In this document: piece after piece, positions 56,116 to 64,000 of the stretch
Layout: each line of letters starts with the position of its first letter
How positions within the stretch are numbered: position 1 is the first letter of the stretch
Source: Methanomassiliicoccaceae archaeon UBA472
GTDB lineage: Archaea > Thermoplasmatota > Thermoplasmata > Methanomassiliicoccales > UBA472
Assembly: GCA_002497075.1 (NCBI GenBank)
Contig: DAML01000012.1
Coordinates: forward strand, 42,903-106,902
Reading direction: 5' to 3'
DNA: 64,000 bases
Made by a program: the position numbers and the translations under genes
The notes under the pieces: model-generated
Databases searched by the model: none
Told to the model about the DNA's origin: nothing
The model's input: only the letters and a program-made list of their open reading frames with translations

Positions 56116-57672
56116 TTAATCCTTGTCGCTGGCAAGGCGTTTTTCCATGTGCGGCATCGCCCTTTCGTAACCTCTTGAGGCGTAGTAACCGCGGACGCCG
56201 ACGCCGCTGGTGACCTTTATGGAGGAATAACCGTCCTTTTCCGCGGACGCCTCGGCCATGGCCAGCAATCTCCCGCCCAGGCCAAGGTGCTGCCATTCCC
56301 CGTCCCTTTCACCGATGCGGGCCATGCGCCCGAAGACCTTCAGCTCCCGGACCAAGGCTATCTTTCCGTTCGGCTTCCGCAAGCGGACGTAGCCGGCCAG
56401 GGCGTTGTTTTCCAACACGAACGATATGAACTCCTCCCGGCCTCCGGACGCCTCGTACGAGATGACCCTGGGAACCAGTTCCTGAGGGTCGATATCGCTT
56501 ATGCCGAGCAGACCAACCTCGCGGCAGCGGATGCAGCGGCAGCCCTGCCCCTGCAGGGCGAGAAGCTCCTTGACCAGCTCGCGCAGGTGGCCTTTGTCCA
56601 CCCCCGCCTCGATGAGGGGCACGGGAATGTCCCTCTGGATACGCTGGATCCGTACGTACTCGGGAACCAGCTTCTTCATCTCAGCGATGACGCGCACCGC
56701 TTCGTCGGTGTTGTAAGGGCGATATCTACCGGCGCTCCAGTCCTCGTGCAGCTTGGTGCCCTTCACCACCAGCGTCGGGTAGATCTTGATCATGTCCGGA
56801 CGGAAGCGGCTGTCGTCGAACATCTGCCGGAACGAGTCGACGTCCTTCTCCGGATCGGACCCTGGAAGGCCGGGCATGACGTGATAGCAGACCTTCAGCC
56901 CCAGGTCCTTGGCGATGCGGGTGGCCTCGGCCACCTCAGCCACCCCGTGCCCCCGATTCACAGAAGCGAGTATATCATCGTCCAGTATCTGAACGCCGAG
57001 CTCGACCCGTGTCGCGCCCAGACGCATGCATTCCCTCGCCACGTCCTCATTGAACGCGTCCGGTCGGGTCTCCACGGTCATGCCGATGACCCGGTGCTCC
57101 GCCCCCTCGTTGGTAAGTTGGGCTGATTCCAGGCTGAGCGCCTCGGTGCCGTTGAAGGCGTCGAAGCAGCGCTTCACGAACCATTCCCGGTACTCCTCGG
57201 GCCGGGAGGTGAACGTTCCCCCCATGATGATGAGGTCGACCTTGTCGGTGTGATGCCCGATGATCGAAAGTTGGTCGATGCGTGAACGGACCTGTCTGTA
57301 CGGATCGAACTCGTTATCGGCGGCGCGGCGGGCGGCCGGTTCCTTTCCGGTGTAGGATTGCGGGGAGTTGTTCTCCACCCCGCCAGGGCAGTAGGTGCAC
57401 TTGCCATGCGGGCAGGGCGCCGGAGACGTCATGACCGCCACCACCGCCACCCCGCTCAACGTCCGTACGGGCTTGCGGCGCAATATCGCCAGGATGCCGG
57501 GAAGGTCTTCCTTGGGAACGAGAGCCAGCGTCTCCGAGTTCTTTGGGACGCCTGACAGGCCATACTCTCCGCTTAGCTTGACCTTCCTGCGCTGCAGCTC
57601 GTCCTTGTCGGATATCTCCCCGGAGAGGAGCAGGCGGATGAGATGCTGATGGTATTCCTGACGGCGGTCCAT
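56116..57672 (-). CDS. elp3: Elp3-family radical SAM / GNAT enzyme (tRNA U34 modification)
   Basis: Radical SAM cluster motif CPHGKCTYCPGG and a C-terminal GNAT region (QHLGLGGRLLAMAE); 518 aa. Confidence 0.92.
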   Translation of the reverse strand: MDRRQEYHQHLIRLLLSGEISDKDELQRRKVKLSGEYGLSGVPKNSETLALVPKEDLPGILAILRRKPVRTLSGVAVVAVMTSPAPCPHGKCTYCPGGVENNSPQSYTGKEPAARRAADNEFDPYRQVRSRIDQLSIIGHHTDKVDLIIMGGTFTSRPEEYREWFVKRCFDAFNGTEALSLESAQLTNEGAEHRVIGMTVETRPDAFNEDVARECMRLGATRVELGVQILDDDILASVNRGHGVAEVAEATRIAKDLGLKVCYHVMPGLPGSDPEKDVDSFRQMFDDSRFRPDMIKIYPTLVVKGTKLHEDWSAGRYRPYNTDEAVRVIAEMKKLVPEYVRIQRIQRDIPVPLIEAGVDKGHLRELVKELLALQGQGCRCIRCREVGLLGISDIDPQELVPRVISYEASGGREEFISFVLENNALAGYVRLRKPNGKIALVRELKVFGRMARIGERDGEWQHLGLGGRLLAMAEASAEKDGYSSIKVTSGVGVRGYYASRGYERAMPHMEKRLASDKD

Positions 57673-57692
57673 TTCTTTCCGTTCCTGGGACG

Positions 57693-57953
57693 TCAGCCGA
57701 AGTAGACCCCGTTCTCCTTGGGGCGCTCGTCCTTCTCCTCCTTGGAGTCGAGGATGTCCAGATAGATGATCGAGCGGGACGGCACGACCCTCAGGGACCC
57801 GGACTCCAGGCGCATCGTCAGAGCGATGTCGCTTCCGTACTGCATATACCCGACGAACTCCCCGTCCATTTCCAGGCTGGAGCCGCCGCCGGTCCCTATG
57901 ACCAGATGGTACCGGGACCCTTTGGTGAGCTTGGTGGGGTATTTCTCGTCCAT
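57693..57953 (-). CDS. hypothetical 86-aa protein
   Basis: Beta-rich sequence with an acidic/basic tail. Starts 2 nt after the wHTH gene stop and ends 20 nt before elp3. Confidence 0.5.
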   Translation of the reverse strand: MDEKYPTKLTKGSRYHLVIGTGGGSSLEMDGEFVGYMQYGSDIALTMRLESGSLRVVPSRSIIYLDILDSKEEKDERPKENGVYFG

Positions 57954-57955
57954 AC

Positions 57956-58405
57956 TTATTCCTCCTTGGCCAGGCGCTGCAGGTGCTCCACCGTTCTGCG
58001 GTAGGACTGCATTGCCATGTCGACGTTGGCCTCGGTGAAGCTCCAGGCCTTACCTAGATCGCCGTACCTTATGCGGTAGCCCTTCTTTCTCTGCCCACCG
58101 ATATCGATGGAGACATCTTCCAGGACATCTATGGCCTTGAGCTTGTTGAGATGGCGGTACACGGTAGGCTTGGTGGTGCTCAGGTACGCGGAAAGCTCCT
58201 CGACGGCCCACACGCGGTTCAGGTTGCCGAGGAAGCATTCGGTGAAGAGACGGTAAGGTATGCTCTCCTGAATGTTGTCCACGTCCGTCTTGGGATCGTA
58301 GCCCTTGGATATGTATCCGATCTGCTTCAGGAACTCCAGAGAAGCCTCCTTGATGTCCTCGATCGGAGTGAGGGGAGTATTGCTTACCACGTTCAGCTCG
58401 AACAT
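57956..58405 (-). CDS. wHTH transcriptional regulator, hypothetical
   Basis: VWAVEELSAYLSTTKPTVYRHLNKLKAIDVLEDV HTH-wing pattern; 149 aa. Confidence 0.6.
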   Translation of the reverse strand: MFELNVVSNTPLTPIEDIKEASLEFLKQIGYISKGYDPKTDVDNIQESIPYRLFTECFLGNLNRVWAVEELSAYLSTTKPTVYRHLNKLKAIDVLEDVSIDIGGQRKKGYRIRYGDLGKAWSFTEANVDMAMQSYRRTVEHLQRLAKEE

Positions 58406-58547
58406 AATATCAGTGGATGCAATAAGATGCTCGGGGTATTAAGAATTTGTAAACTTGCTTCCTTAAAAATTAATTTTAATGACCGCAACTCCGCTATGAC
58501 CAGCGATTCCCGACTTAACGGGGTACAGTTGGGCAATATGACTAGTA

Positions 58548-58559
58548 ATTTGTACAAAT
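58548..58559. promoter_or_regulatory. perfect 12-bp palindrome ATTTGTACAAAT in the wHTH / ABC-transporter divergent intergenic region
   Basis: Lies in the 228-nt A/T-rich spacer. A related half-site AATTTGTAAAC occurs at 58444-58454. Confidence 0.4.
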
Positions 58560-58633
58560 AGGATAATTTTTACCTTAATAGACAAAAATGCTTTATACCA
58601 TATTTCGATTTTAATTGCTCAGGTGACTTTCAA

Positions 58634-59734
58634 ATGGATAAAAAGATTGCCATAATCGCAATCGTCGTCGTCGCCATAGTGGTGGTGGGTGCTTTTGCAG
58701 TCACCATGCTGGGAGGGGATGATGACGAGAAGGTGGTATATTGGACCCCTATCGGCCCCAATCTACAGAAGGAAGCGTTAATAGCTGGGCAGATAGACGG
58801 AGCAATAACGTGGGAACCGTTTGCAACTGATGCCTTATTGAGCGGAGAGGCGACCATCTACAAATGGTCAAATGAGATCTGGGAAGACCATCCATGCTGC
58901 GTGGTTGCGGTCGACAATTCCTTCCTTGAGGAAAATCGTGACCTGACGCTCAGAACGCTTAAAGCCCACATAGCGGCGACCGAGTGGATCATCAACACCA
59001 TCGCCGACCCGGAGAGCGAGAACTATACGAAAATGCTCCAAATGGGAGCGGAGTTCTCTGAGCGGTCCGTTGAGGTTGTCAACGGATCCGTATCAAATAT
59101 TGTGTTCACTTACAATATCACGGAGTCTTTTGAGGAATGGATGAGGGTTATAACTCAAAAGTACATCGATCTGAACCTGATCGAGGAATCAGTTCTCGGA
59201 ACAAGAGGATATGCTGATGTTGATGACTTTGTGGCCAACTATTTCAACTCCTCGCTACTTGAGGAGGCCATGGACATCCAGCCCAGCACCACCGTGCTCA
59301 ATGCTGACAACCCTGTCCGATTGGGATACCTGGTCGGAGATCTCCACCAGTTCGCGAGGGTTGTAGCTAATAATGACACCTTGTGGGGAGACGGCAAGGA
59401 CCTATTCGAGGTCTATGGTGTAGCGACCGTGACGTCTGAAGGAGGACCGTACGCCAATGGAGGTGCGGTCATGAACGCCTTCGCTGCTGGATATGTGGAC
59501 ATTGGATACCTTGGAAGCCCTCCAGCGATATTGAACCATCTTAACGGGGGAGTTGATATCACTGTCATCGCCCAGGTTAACATGGTTGGATCGGCCATTT
59601 TCGTGAGTGAGGAGATAACCACCCTTGATGATTTCAACGGCAAGGTTATCGCCACCCCCGGAATATCGTCCATCCAGCACCTGATGTTCCTGGATTACTT
59701 CACGTCCAACGGTTTCACCGTCAAGGCATTGTGA
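58634..59734 (+). CDS. NitT/TauT (SsuA/NMT1)-type ABC substrate-binding protein, apparently circularly permuted, membrane-anchored
   Basis: TM anchor, then a segment resembling the canonical C-terminal part (LIAGQIDGAITWEPFATDALL...). After that comes the canonical N-terminal part (PVRLGYL...AFAAGYVDIGYLGSPPAI...LDDFNGKVIATPGISSIQHLMFLDYF), ending at the stop. Confidence 0.7.
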   Translation: MDKKIAIIAIVVVAIVVVGAFAVTMLGGDDDEKVVYWTPIGPNLQKEALIAGQIDGAITWEPFATDALLSGEATIYKWSNEIWEDHPCCVVAVDNSFLEENRDLTLRTLKAHIAATEWIINTIADPESENYTKMLQMGAEFSERSVEVVNGSVSNIVFTYNITESFEEWMRVITQKYIDLNLIEESVLGTRGYADVDDFVANYFNSSLLEEAMDIQPSTTVLNADNPVRLGYLVGDLHQFARVVANNDTLWGDGKDLFEVYGVATVTSEGGPYANGGAVMNAFAAGYVDIGYLGSPPAILNHLNGGVDITVIAQVNMVGSAIFVSEEITTLDDFNGKVIATPGISSIQHLMFLDYFTSNGFTVKAL

Positions 59735-59794
59735 GGTCAACCCCCCAAACCTTTTAATTTTTTCACCTTTATCCAAGAACGTTTCAAAGGAAGG

Positions 59795-60652
59795 ATGGCT
59801 ATGGTCGAGATGAGTAAGATATCGAAGAAATTGATCGCGTTCCTTAAGCCATCCGATGTAAGTTTGAAAACGGACCGTAGGATACAATTCGTCAAGACGT
59901 TGGTCATTGCGGTCATCTCCTTGTCAATGTTCGTGATGGTATGGTGGGGACTGTCTGAATGGATCAATACCGCTTTTTTACCGCGACCGGACATAGTCTT
60001 CGAGGCTTTCATCGACTCCTTCCAGACCGCTGATATTACCACTGGTCGTACCATGTGGGACAATATCATCACCAGCTCCATCCGTGTGGCTTGGGGCTTC
60101 ATGTTGGCGTTCATTCTGGCCGTACCGTTAGGGCTAATGATGGGGTTCTCAAAAACATTTGAGAGCTTCAGCAAGCCAGTGGTCGAGGTGTTCCGACCGA
60201 TCGCCCCCATCGCTTGGGCACCCCTACTTCTGATCGCCATGGGAGGGATCGTTGGTCCGATCATCGTCATATTCATCGGCGTCTTCTTCCCTCTCTTATC
60301 CAATATCATCTTCGGGGTCAGGAGCATTCAGCCCATCTTGATAGACGCCGCCCGAACACTGGGGGCTAAAAGAAGTGACATGTTCATCAAGGTGATCATC
60401 CCGTCGACCGTGCCTTACATCATGACCGGGATCAGAATTGGCCTCGGGATTGGATGGATGTGCGTTGTGGCCGCAGAGTTCCTTGGGGCCGTTGGTGGAG
60501 GAGTCGGGCAGTACGTTCAATTCAAGACCGAGGTCAATCGGTTCGACCAGGTGTTCGCTGGCCTGATCGTGTTCTCCATCCTGGGATTGTCGACCACAGA
60601 ACTGAGCGGTTGGGTGGAAAAAAGGGTCTCGAAAAGGATGGGATTGAAATGA
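59795..60652 (+). CDS. NitT/TauT-family ABC transporter permease
   Basis: SsuC/TauC-like pattern ([10 protein letters not shown]...[13 protein letters not shown]...DAARTLGA). Confidence 0.88.
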   Translation: MAMVEMSKISKKLIAFLKPSDVSLKTDRRIQFVKTLVIAVISLSMFVMVWWGLSEWINTAFLPRPDIVFEAFIDSFQTADITTGRTMWDNIITSSIRVAWGFMLAFILAVPLGLMMGFSKTFESFSKPVVEVFRPIAPIAWAPLLLIAMGGIVGPIIVIFIGVFFPLLSNIIFGVRSIQPILIDAARTLGAKRSDMFIKVIIPSTVPYIMTGIRIGLGIGWMCVVAAEFLGAVGGGVGQYVQFKTEVNRFDQVFAGLIVFSILGLSTTELSGWVEKRVSKRMGLK

Positions 60653-61404
60653 TGCTTTCCATTGACAAATTGAGAAAAACCTTCCCTCTAGAACAAGGAG
60701 AGCTGGTGGCCATCGAGGAATTCACCCTTAAGGTCGATAAGGGTGAGTTCATCTGCATCCTTGGGCCCTCCGGTTGCGGAAAGACGACCATTCTGCGGAT
60801 CATAGCTGGATTGGATAATTTGTCCAGCGGTGTGATATCCCTAAACGGTAAAGATATCAAGGGCCCGGGTTCGGACCGCGGAATGGTGTTCCAAGAATTC
60901 GCATTGTTCCCATGGAGAAGCGTGAGGAAGAACATCGAGTTCGGAATGGAGCTGCGCAAGATACCCCCTAAGACCAGGCATGAGATCTCTCAGAGGCTCA
61001 TAGAACTGGTTGGACTTGAGGGATTTGAGAACGCCCACCCGCATGAGCTGTCGGGAGGCATGAAGCAGAGAGTGGGCATCGCCAGAGCGTTGGCCAACGA
61101 ACCTGAGATACTGCTCATGGATGAACCGTTCGGGGCCTTGGACGCTCAGACCCGGAACCTGATGCAAAAGGAACTTCTGCGCATCTGGGAGGAGACCAAG
61201 AAGACCGTCGTGTTCATCACTCACTCTGTCGACGAGGCGGTATTCCTAGCCGATCGCATCGTGGTGATGAGCGAACGTCCGAGCCACATCACCGAGATAT
61301 ACGAGATACCCTGGAAAAGACCCAGGGACAGGTCGTCCATGGAATTCGCCAATCTCAGAAAGGAGATCTTGGCGAAGCTTGAAAAGATGGTCAAGGCGGA
61401 CTGA
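60649..61404 (+). CDS. NitT/TauT-family ABC transporter ATP-binding protein
   Basis: Walker [10 protein letters not shown], signature LSGGMKQR, Walker [12 protein letters not shown]. The ATG overlaps the permease stop (ATGA). Confidence 0.9.
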   Translation: MMLSIDKLRKTFPLEQGELVAIEEFTLKVDKGEFICILGPSGCGKTTILRIIAGLDNLSSGVISLNGKDIKGPGSDRGMVFQEFALFPWRSVRKNIEFGMELRKIPPKTRHEISQRLIELVGLEGFENAHPHELSGGMKQRVGIARALANEPEILLMDEPFGALDAQTRNLMQKELLRIWEETKKTVVFITHSVDEAVFLADRIVVMSERPSHITEIYEIPWKRPRDRSSMEFANLRKEILAKLEKMVKAD

Positions 61405-61926
61405 TCACAGCACCTTGGACGCGGCTATCTCAATAGCGCGAACCATGCTGTCCTTCGGAACCACTACCGATACTGGTATCCTGACTATCTGTTCCACGGT
61501 CGGAGCGACTATCGGAGCGCACACCAACGCCAACGCTCCGTCCCTCTCCGCCTTCACGGCGGCGATGATGGCGTCCTCCATGGTGCTGGCGGGATACTCC
61601 TTCACCCGCACGTTCCTATCACCCACCTTCATCATCCTCTCCTCGATCTTGTTCAGGACGGGACGGCTGGCGATGACGGCTATGAACTCGCCGCCGGGAT
61701 TGGCGTCCAGTTTCCGGACGCCCTTGATGACCGCGCGAACGGTGCGCAGGTTAGGCTCGCGCTGCTCCTGCAGTATCTTGTAGATCGTGCTGGGGGAGAG
61801 ACCGGTCTTCTCGCAGAACTCAGGAACGGAGATCTTCAGCTCCTCCTCAAGTATCTGCCGAAGCGCCTCGCGAAAGCCTTCCTCGCTTCGGAGGATTCCA
61901 GAGACCAGCTCCTCCACCATGCTCAT
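61405..61926 (-). CDS. HTH (XRE-like) regulator with C-terminal alpha/beta domain
   Basis: SVPEFCEKTGLSPSTIYKILQEQREPNLRTV HTH. Lies 4 nt downstream of trxB. Confidence 0.6.
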   Translation of the reverse strand: MSMVEELVSGILRSEEGFREALRQILEEELKISVPEFCEKTGLSPSTIYKILQEQREPNLRTVRAVIKGVRKLDANPGGEFIAVIASRPVLNKIEERMMKVGDRNVRVKEYPASTMEDAIIAAVKAERDGALALVCAPIVAPTVEQIVRIPVSVVVPKDSMVRAIEIAASKVL

Positions 61927-61930
61927 GATC

Positions 61931-62818
61931 TCACTCCTTCTCCTTCCGGACGTAGCTGGCAGCGGAGAGCCCGGCCACGCATCCCTCGCCTACGGCCTTC
62001 GCCAGCTGCCAGGGCAGCCCGGTCACGTCGCCGCAGGCGAAGACCCCGGGGGTGTCGGTGGCGCATTCACGGTTCACCGCGATGTAGCCTTTCTCGTCCG
62101 GGAATATGTTGACCTCCATGGCCAGGTCGGCCACGCCCTTTGCGCCCAGCTCGATGAACACTCCGTCCAGCGTCAGGTCTCGGCCGTTGTCCAACATCAT
62201 TCCGCGCACCACCTGGTCGCCGTGTATCTTGGTCGGCCAGGCCTGCACCATCTCGATGTCGGTGGCCTTCACCTTGTCCATCAGTTCCGGGGAGGCCTTG
62301 AACTCCTTGGCCACCCAGTAGACCTTTGAAGCGTACTCGCGAAGAAGCAAGGCGGCGGAAGCGGCCATGCTGGCGTCCCCGAGGACGGCCACCGACTTCT
62401 TCTTGAAGAAGTTGCAGTCGCAGGTGGCGCAGTACGACACCCCCAGACCGTGGTATTCCTTCTCACCCTCCACGTTCAGCTTTTTACGGGATATCCCGGG
62501 AGCTAGAATGACGGCCTTGGCCTTGATCTCCTTCAACGATTCGGTCTTGAGCTTGAAGGATTCCCCCTCCATCTCAATGTTCAGGAGGTCCTCCTCCATG
62601 AGGACCGCGCCGAAGCCTGCCGCCGCCTTGGCGGTTATCTCTAGCATCTCCATGCCGCTCCGAGGCTCCGTTCCAAAATAGTTCTCGATCTCCGCTTTCA
62701 GCAAGGCGCTGTTCTGAACCTTTCCTAGAACGCAGACCTTGACCTTCTTGCGCGCGGCGTGCAGGGCGGCCTGAAGACCGGCCGGACCCGCTCCGATGAC
62801 AGCAACGTCGAAATCCAT
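61931..62818 (-). CDS. trxB: thioredoxin reductase-like flavoprotein
   Basis: DVAVIGAGPAG, redox-active CATCD, GDVTG. ATG 62818 (track TTG 62821). Confidence 0.88.
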   Translation of the reverse strand: MDFDVAVIGAGPAGLQAALHAARKKVKVCVLGKVQNSALLKAEIENYFGTEPRSGMEMLEITAKAAAGFGAVLMEEDLLNIEMEGESFKLKTESLKEIKAKAVILAPGISRKKLNVEGEKEYHGLGVSYCATCDCNFFKKKSVAVLGDASMAASAALLLREYASKVYWVAKEFKASPELMDKVKATDIEMVQAWPTKIHGDQVVRGMMLDNGRDLTLDGVFIELGAKGVADLAMEVNIFPDEKGYIAVNRECATDTPGVFACGDVTGLPWQLAKAVGEGCVAGLSAASYVRKEKE

Positions 62819-62830
62819 CAATATCCCAGC

Positions 62831-62852
62831 TTAATCAAAATTATATGATTAA
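62831..62852. promoter_or_regulatory. inverted repeat TTAATCA-N8-TGATTAA overlapping an A/T box upstream of trxB
   Basis: 7-bp arms; the spacer aaattata lies 13-34 nt upstream of ATG 62818. Confidence 0.4.
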
Positions 62853-62884
62853 ACGGTTTGGTGAAAAAGGTTTGCCGCACCCCC

Positions 62885-63289
62885 TCAGAAGTACTTGGAG
62901 AACTTCTGCCTCATGAAGTCCTTGTTGCCAGCACCGACGATGCGGTCGAGCTGAACGCCGTTCTTGAACACCAGCATGGTGGGGATGGCGGTGATGTTGA
63001 ACTTCATGGGAGTGTTCTCGTTCTCGTCGGTGTTCATCTTCCCGAACTTGATCTTCCCCTCGAACTCCTCGGAGAGCTGCTCTACGATAGGCGCAAGCAT
63101 GCGGCAGGGACCGCACCACGGGGCCCAGCAGTCGATGATCACCAGCGGCGCGCTCTTAATGAACTCCTCGAAAGTGCTATCCTTGACCTCTGTTACTCCA
63201 GACAATTTATTCACTCCTTTTTGTTCGCTCTGACCTATCAATGCCTCTAACTTCCGCCTTCTGATCTCGGCGAGCTCGTCCTCGACCAT
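62885..63289 (-). CDS. trxA: thioredoxin with about 30-aa helical N-terminal extension
   Basis: WAPWCGPC active site. Start at ATG 63289 (MVEDELAEIRRRKLEAL...). Confidence 0.88.
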   Translation of the reverse strand: MVEDELAEIRRRKLEALIGQSEQKGVNKLSGVTEVKDSTFEEFIKSAPLVIIDCWAPWCGPCRMLAPIVEQLSEEFEGKIKFGKMNTDENENTPMKFNITAIPTMLVFKNGVQLDRIVGAGNKDFMRQKFSKYF

Positions 63290-63508
63290 CAGAAGACCCC
63301 GCTCAATCGGTTGTGCATTGTGCTTACAAAACCGTATTGAGGTTCCACCGTATATAATCTTTATCACAATCCTTCCTGGAAGGCGAAATTTCCCCTTCGA
63401 TGGTAGCGATAGTGCGGCACTGAACGGCGCCCTTGATGCGGTAAGCCAGGATTTCTCGCTGATAATCTTTTTAATAGAGGATGGCGATATCTGACAAAGG
63501 GAGTGCCG

Positions 63509-63781
63509 ATGTTAGAGGAGGCTTCTGAGCTCATAGGGATGCAGGTCTACACGCCCAACGGAGTGTTCCTGGGCAACGTGAACAACTTGGTCATCGACGT
63601 GGATACCCGCAAGGTCGACGGGCTCTTCATAAGCGAGTCCAACCCCCTGCTGGTGGAGGACTCCAAGGCCGTGAACGTCCCATTCCGTTGGATCCAGGCG
63701 ATCGGGGACGTCATCCTCTTGAAGTACTTCCCCAAGAGGGTCACCGCGAGGCGCCCCGCCGCTAAGCCGGCGCAGCCGTAA
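63509..63781 (+). CDS. PRC-barrel domain protein
   Basis: LIGMQVYTPNGVFLGNVNNLVIDVDTRKVDGLFI pattern, gggag SD. ATG 63509 (track GTG 63503). Confidence 0.78.
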   Translation: MLEEASELIGMQVYTPNGVFLGNVNNLVIDVDTRKVDGLFISESNPLLVEDSKAVNVPFRWIQAIGDVILLKYFPKRVTARRPAAKPAQP

Positions 63782-63821
63782 GGCCAACCTATTTTTTCTA
63801 TAATTTTCATATCGTTCAACA

Positions 63822-64000
63822 TGCCTGAGCGCAAGATCTTTGTGGACCCGGCGGCCGTGATAATCGGCGACGTGGAGCTGGGCGATGACGTTTCGATATG
63901 GCCGACCGCCGTGCTGCGCGGAGACGCCAATTCCATCAGGATCGGAGCGGGAAGCAACGTGCAGGAAGGTGCCGTCGTGCACACCAGCCATGATTTTCCT
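63822..64000 (+). CDS. gamma-class carbonic anhydrase / LbH acetyltransferase-like protein (5' fragment, runs off the window)
   Basis: My own translation from ATG 63822: MPERKIFVDPAAVIIGDVELGDDVSIWPTAVLRGDANSIRIGAGSNVQEGAVVHTSHDFP, the typical gamma-CA/YrdA-family N-terminus. Absent from the ORF track because no stop is reached. Confidence 0.75.

Overview
GC-rich, very gene-dense chromosomal segment of an archaeon. I count about 73 protein-coding genes, short spacers and many ATGA-type stop/start overlaps. Archaeal hallmarks are aIF2-gamma, aIF5B, ribosomal proteins S6e/L24e/S28e/L7Ae, Elp3, Cdc48, CoaBC plus pantoate kinase, an archaeal-type riboflavin kinase fused to a wHTH (RbkR type) and two geranylgeranyl-reductase paralogues. 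A DUF2099 (methanogenesis-marker-8-like) gene and a DUF1638-like gene are also present. Together these suggest a Thermoplasmata / Methanomassiliicoccales-like lineage, which is inference only. Most of the window is housekeeping: purSLQ, prs, proS, tmk, gcvPB, ndk, ilvE, a 2-oxoacid:ferredoxin oxidoreductase, a thioredoxin system, two ABC transporters and a glycosyltransferase cluster. I saw no rRNA, tRNA, CRISPR array, transposase/integrase or recognisable defence island, and intergenic spacers are too short to hide arrays. The most unusual items are: (1) a tight five-gene string around Elp3 made of uncharacterised proteins, including an 896-aa degenerate-Mrr/TPR protein. (2) An SsuA/NMT1-type binding protein whose sequence order looks circularly permuted, inside an A/T-richer ABC island. 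(3) A -1 frameshift splitting a secreted membrane protein gene. (4) Several exact palindromes and direct repeats next to HTH regulators. (5) A recurrent TATA-like box about 26-30 nt upstream of start codons, which implies leaderless transcripts. All product calls come from motifs recognised by eye in the supplied translations. No database search was run. The ORF track renders GTG/TTG starts as M, so several starts were re-evaluated.
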